Of a stretch of DNA of 64,000 nt, positions 61,011-64,000 are shown piece by piece. Position numbers and translations under genes: made by a program. This DNA is from Oscillospiraceae bacterium (lineage in GTDB: Bacteria; Bacillota; Clostridia; UBA1212; SIG427). Every line of letters starts with the position of its first letter. Position 1 is the stretch's first letter. The notes below the pieces were generated by a model. It made no database searches. It had not been told where the DNA came from and saw nothing but the letters and a program-made list of their open reading frames with translations. The stretch spans positions 291,316 to 355,315 of the forward strand of contig SVJE01000001.1 of the NCBI GenBank assembly GCA_015069135.1, in the 5' to 3' direction.

Positions 61011-62464
61011 AATTTCTTCCAAACAGCGCCGCCTCTCACGTCGCGAACCTCAATACCCATAGCTGAAAGTTCATCCCTTATTCTGTCTGCTTCGGTAAAA
61101 TCTTTAGCTTTCTTTGCCTCATATCGTTTTAAAACAAGGGCATCAACTTCGGGATCTCCTTCACCCTCTATTACATAATCAGATAAGCTTTGTGCTGAAT
61201 TAGCTTTTGAAGCCTCCTGAGCCTTTCTTAAAGCAGCAGCTTTCTTAGTTAAGTCAAGACCCAACACCTTATCAAAATCGTCTAAAAGAGCTAATTTTGT
61301 AGCATCATTTGTCTTGTGTTTAAGAACATCATATATAACTGTTACTGCCTGTGCTGTATTAAGGTCATTATCCATTGCTGCCACAAATTTACCTTTTAAT
61401 TCATCAAATGAAGCTTTATCAATTTCTTCATCTGAGTTAATCTTAAGGCCGGCAACTTTGGCAAGCAATTTTTCAAATGCAATTTTAGCATTATCAAGAT
61501 TTTCATAAGTAAATACCAAAACTTTTCTGTAATGAGACTGTAAACAGAACCATCTGTAGGTAATTGGATCATATCCCTTTTCCTCAAGCAAAGACACAGT
61601 TAAAAACTCACCTTTAGATTTACTCATTTTACCATTATTAGCGTTAAGATGGAACACATGGAACCAATAGTTACACCACTTATGGCCAACATACGCTTCA
61701 GACTGAGCAATTTCGTTTGTATGATGGGGAAATGCATTATCTATGCCACCACAATGTATGTCCATATCTTCACCTAAGTGCTTCATAGATATACCGGAAC
61801 ACTCAATGTGCCATCCCGGATAACCTACACCCCAGGGTGAATCCCATTTTAAAGCCTGATTTTCAAACTTAGATTTTGTAAACCAGAGTACAAAGTCGTT
61901 TTTATTCTTTTTATTGGTATCTTCCTCTACACCTTCACGAACACCTACTGCAAGATTTTCTTCTTTGTGTTCATTAAATATATAGTATTTAGGAAGTTTA
62001 GATGTATCAAAATACACATTACCACCGGCAAAGTACGCATAACCTTTTTCCATAAGTCCGGAAATAATCTTGATGTATTCATCAATACAGTTTGTAGCAG
62101 GTTCAACTACATCAGGGCGCTTAATATTAAGCTTTTCACAGTCTTTAAAGAAAGCATCAGTATAGAATTGTGCTATTTCCATAACTGATTTATTCTCTCT
62201 TTTTGCTCCTTTAAGCATCTTGTCTTCACCTTCATCAGCATCTGATGCCAGGTGTCCTACGTCTGTAATATTCATTACACGCTTAACATTGTAACCGGAA
62301 TATCTTAAATATTTTTCCAATACATCTTCCATAAGATATGAACGAAGATTACCTATATGTGCAAAATGATACACGGTAGGACCACAGGTGTACATTTTAA
62401 CCAAGTCAGGATTATTTGGAATAAATTCCTCTTTTTTATGTGTTGCTGAATTATATATTTGCAT
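61007..62464 (-). CDS. cysS: Cysteine--tRNA ligase.
   Basis: HIGN (HFAHIGNLRS) and KMSKS class-I motifs. Zinc-binding Cys (GWHIECS). Confidence 0.9.
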   Translation of the reverse strand: MQIYNSATHKKEEFIPNNPDLVKMYTCGPTVYHFAHIGNLRSYLMEDVLEKYLRYSGYNVKRVMNITDVGHLASDADEGEDKMLKGAKRENKSVMEIAQFYTDAFFKDCEKLNIKRPDVVEPATNCIDEYIKIISGLMEKGYAYFAGGNVYFDTSKLPKYYIFNEHKEENLAVGVREGVEEDTNKKNKNDFVLWFTKSKFENQALKWDSPWGVGYPGWHIECSGISMKHLGEDMDIHCGGIDNAFPHHTNEIAQSEAYVGHKWCNYWFHVFHLNANNGKMSKSKGEFLTVSLLEEKGYDPITYRWFCLQSHYRKVLVFTYENLDNAKIAFEKLLAKVAGLKINSDEEIDKASFDELKGKFVAAMDNDLNTAQAVTVIYDVLKHKTNDATKLALLDDFDKVLGLDLTKKAAALRKAQEASKANSAQSLSDYVIEGEGDPEVDALVLKRYEAKKAKDFTEADRIRDELSAMGIEVRDVRGGAVWKKL

Positions 62465-62493
62465 TAAATTCTTTCCTTCTTTCTTTTCAAAAA

Positions 62494-62527
62494 AGCCCCG
62501 CCCACCGGCAGAGCCTTTAATAACATA
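62494..62527 (-). terminator. Putative terminator between the acidic-tail membrane protein gene and cysS.
   Basis: The minus-strand RNA reads GGCUCUGCCGGUGGGCGGGGCUUUUUUG. This forms a GC-rich hairpin (with G-U wobble pairs) followed by U6. Confidence 0.4.
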
Positions 62528-63055
62528 TTATTCTTCGTATTCTTCCCGGTCTTCAGTTTCTTCTGATTCATCAACTACATCTTCACTGTCATCAGTTTCA
62601 ACATCTTCATCTGCATCTTCTTCGTCGTCATAATCCTCATCATCTTCTTCATCTTCCTCAGATGTTTCAGGCTTAGGATCAAGATTAATAAAGAACTGAG
62701 CCATATAAAGTATTACGAATGCTGCAAGAACACCAAATTCTGCACTTGTATTCTGATCTAATGCACCGGATACATTAAGTACTAAAGGAATAATAGCAGC
62801 AATTACAAGAATTGATTTTACTATAAGTAAAATCTTCATTCTCTTATTTGTCTTAAATAACTCTTTATTATCAAGCACAGGAAGTACAATTTCCATACAT
62901 ATGGCAGAAATCATTGCAACAGGCAAAGCAATTTTCTGTGTCCAACCCCATATTGTTTCATTTCCGAAAACTTCAAAATAAGTAAGCAGGAAGCATACCA
63001 GCGAAGCCATAATAAGTATTGTAAAAATATTATTAAACAAATTTCTGTTTTTCAT
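62528..63055 (-). CDS. Four-TM membrane protein with a ~45-aa poly-acidic C-terminal tail.
   Basis: Tail SEEDEEDDEDYDDEEDADEDVETDDSEDVVDESEETEDREEYEE. Confidence 0.5.
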   Translation of the reverse strand: MKNRNLFNNIFTILIMASLVCFLLTYFEVFGNETIWGWTQKIALPVAMISAICMEIVLPVLDNKELFKTNKRMKILLIVKSILVIAAIIPLVLNVSGALDQNTSAEFGVLAAFVILYMAQFFINLDPKPETSEEDEEDDEDYDDEEDADEDVETDDSEDVVDESEETEDREEYEE

Positions 63056-63118
63056 TTGTTTACCTCCATAAATGTATATAAAACATATATATTAATATAT
63101 CTATTTTTACATACTTTG

Positions 63119-64000
63119 TCAATTCAAAAAGCTTATCAACTGGTCAATTGTATAGTCTTTTTGTTCACCTGTAACCATGTCTTTAACTTTAAGTACACCG
63201 GACTCAACTTCTTCACTTCCGATAACAGAAACATAACGGATTCCAAGCTTATCTGCATAGGAGAACTTTTTACCCATTTTACCCTCGTTAAGATAAACTT
63301 CTGTGTTTATTCCCGCATCACGAAGTTTTGCAGCAGCTTCCATTGAATACTCAACTGTATCTGACATAGGAATAACCAGAACTTTTGTTGGAGTACTTGA
63401 GTCGGCATCTTTAAGAATTCCTGCTTCACGAAGCTGATAGAAAAGTCTTGATAAACCAATTGATATACCTACACCGGGAAGACTCTGCTTTGTATAGTTT
63501 GAGGCAAGTTCATCATAACGACCACCGGAACAAATACTTCCGAGTGAAGGATAGTCGTTAAGCATTGTTTCATAAACTGTACCAGTGTAGTAATCAAGAC
63601 CACGGGCAATCTTAAGATTGATTGTAAAGTTCTCCGGTGATACTTTGTAAGCAGCAATATATTTACATACCTGAGAAAGTTCGTTAAGACCTGTCTTAAA
63701 CTCTTCGTTATCCACATCAAGTTTCTCTAATGCTTCAATAATTTCCTGTGGATTACCGGATATTGAGGTAAAATGTAATATATCTTCTGCACCTTTTTCA
63801 GATACACCAAGTTTAACAAGTTCTTCTTTAACGGCTTCTGCACCGATTTTATCCAGTTTATCAACAGTTCTTAATACTTCTGTCTTATCCTGAACTCCAA
63901 CAGATTCAAAGAATCCATTGAGAAGCTTTCTGTTGTTAATCATAATTGTGAAAGCTCCGATATCAAGTTTCTTGAAAACAGAATAAATGATGCTTACAAT
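63119..64000 (-). CDS. hisS: Histidine--tRNA ligase, C-terminal part. The gene continues past the window end.
   Basis: Class II motif 3 region GGRYDELAS...GVGISIGLSRL and C-terminal anticodon-binding domain (TKVLVIPMSD). The ORF is open to the window edge. Confidence 0.8.
   Translation of the reverse strand: MVSIIYSVFKKLDIGAFTIMINNRKLLNGFFESVGVQDKTEVLRTVDKLDKIGAEAVKEELVKLGVSEKGAEDILHFTSISGNPQEIIEALEKLDVDNEEFKTGLNELSQVCKYIAAYKVSPENFTINLKIARGLDYYTGTVYETMLNDYPSLGSICSGGRYDELASNYTKQSLPGVGISIGLSRLFYQLREAGILKDADSSTPTKVLVIPMSDTVEYSMEAAAKLRDAGINTEVYLNEGKMGKKFSYADKLGIRYVSVIGSEEVESGVLKVKDMVTGEQKDYTIDQLISFLN

Overview
This window is a 64-kb chromosomal segment from a low-GC Firmicute (Clostridia). Several secreted proteins end in Ruminococcus-type dockerin modules, so the organism is probably a cellulosome-producing Ruminococcus-like bacterium. 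Most of the window is housekeeping. It holds eno (N-terminal part only), rbgA-rnhB, groES-groEL behind a perfect CIRCE operator, and a partial his operon (fused hisZG, hisD, hisC, hisB, hisIE) driven by a consensus sigma-A promoter. It also holds pcrA, rlmB, mini-RNase III, ireB, mtaB, lysS, greA, guaB, prfC, cysS, hisS (partial), pdxK, nagA, an htrA-type protease followed by a CssRS-like two-component system, and tRNA-Leu(UAA). The more accessory content is: (i) peptidoglycan hydrolases (CHAP amidase; glucosaminidase-like) that carry dockerins, one of which has a novel tandem HWHTCxCG Cys/His repeat module, plus a duplicated stand-alone glucosaminidase-like gene; (ii) a five-gene membrane cluster encoding an SPFH/band-7 protein with a C-terminal zinc-ribbon tail, a YdjG-like zinc-ribbon membrane protein and a TPM-domain protein, with no pspA; (iii) an ECF sigma factor fused to a roughly 350-aa C-terminal domain whose frame is broken in a T5 tract; (iv) an MMPL transporter translationally coupled to a YhgE/Pip-like protein that lacks the usual C-terminal membrane domain; (v) a sugar-related transcription unit of PHP phosphatase, clan-GH-D-like hydrolase and a 931-aa lipoprotein; (vi) a ParE/RelE toxin remnant next to tRNA-Leu. 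No CRISPR array, transposase, integrase or rRNA was seen. Every call rests on my own reading of the ORF translations and the DNA; no database searches were run.
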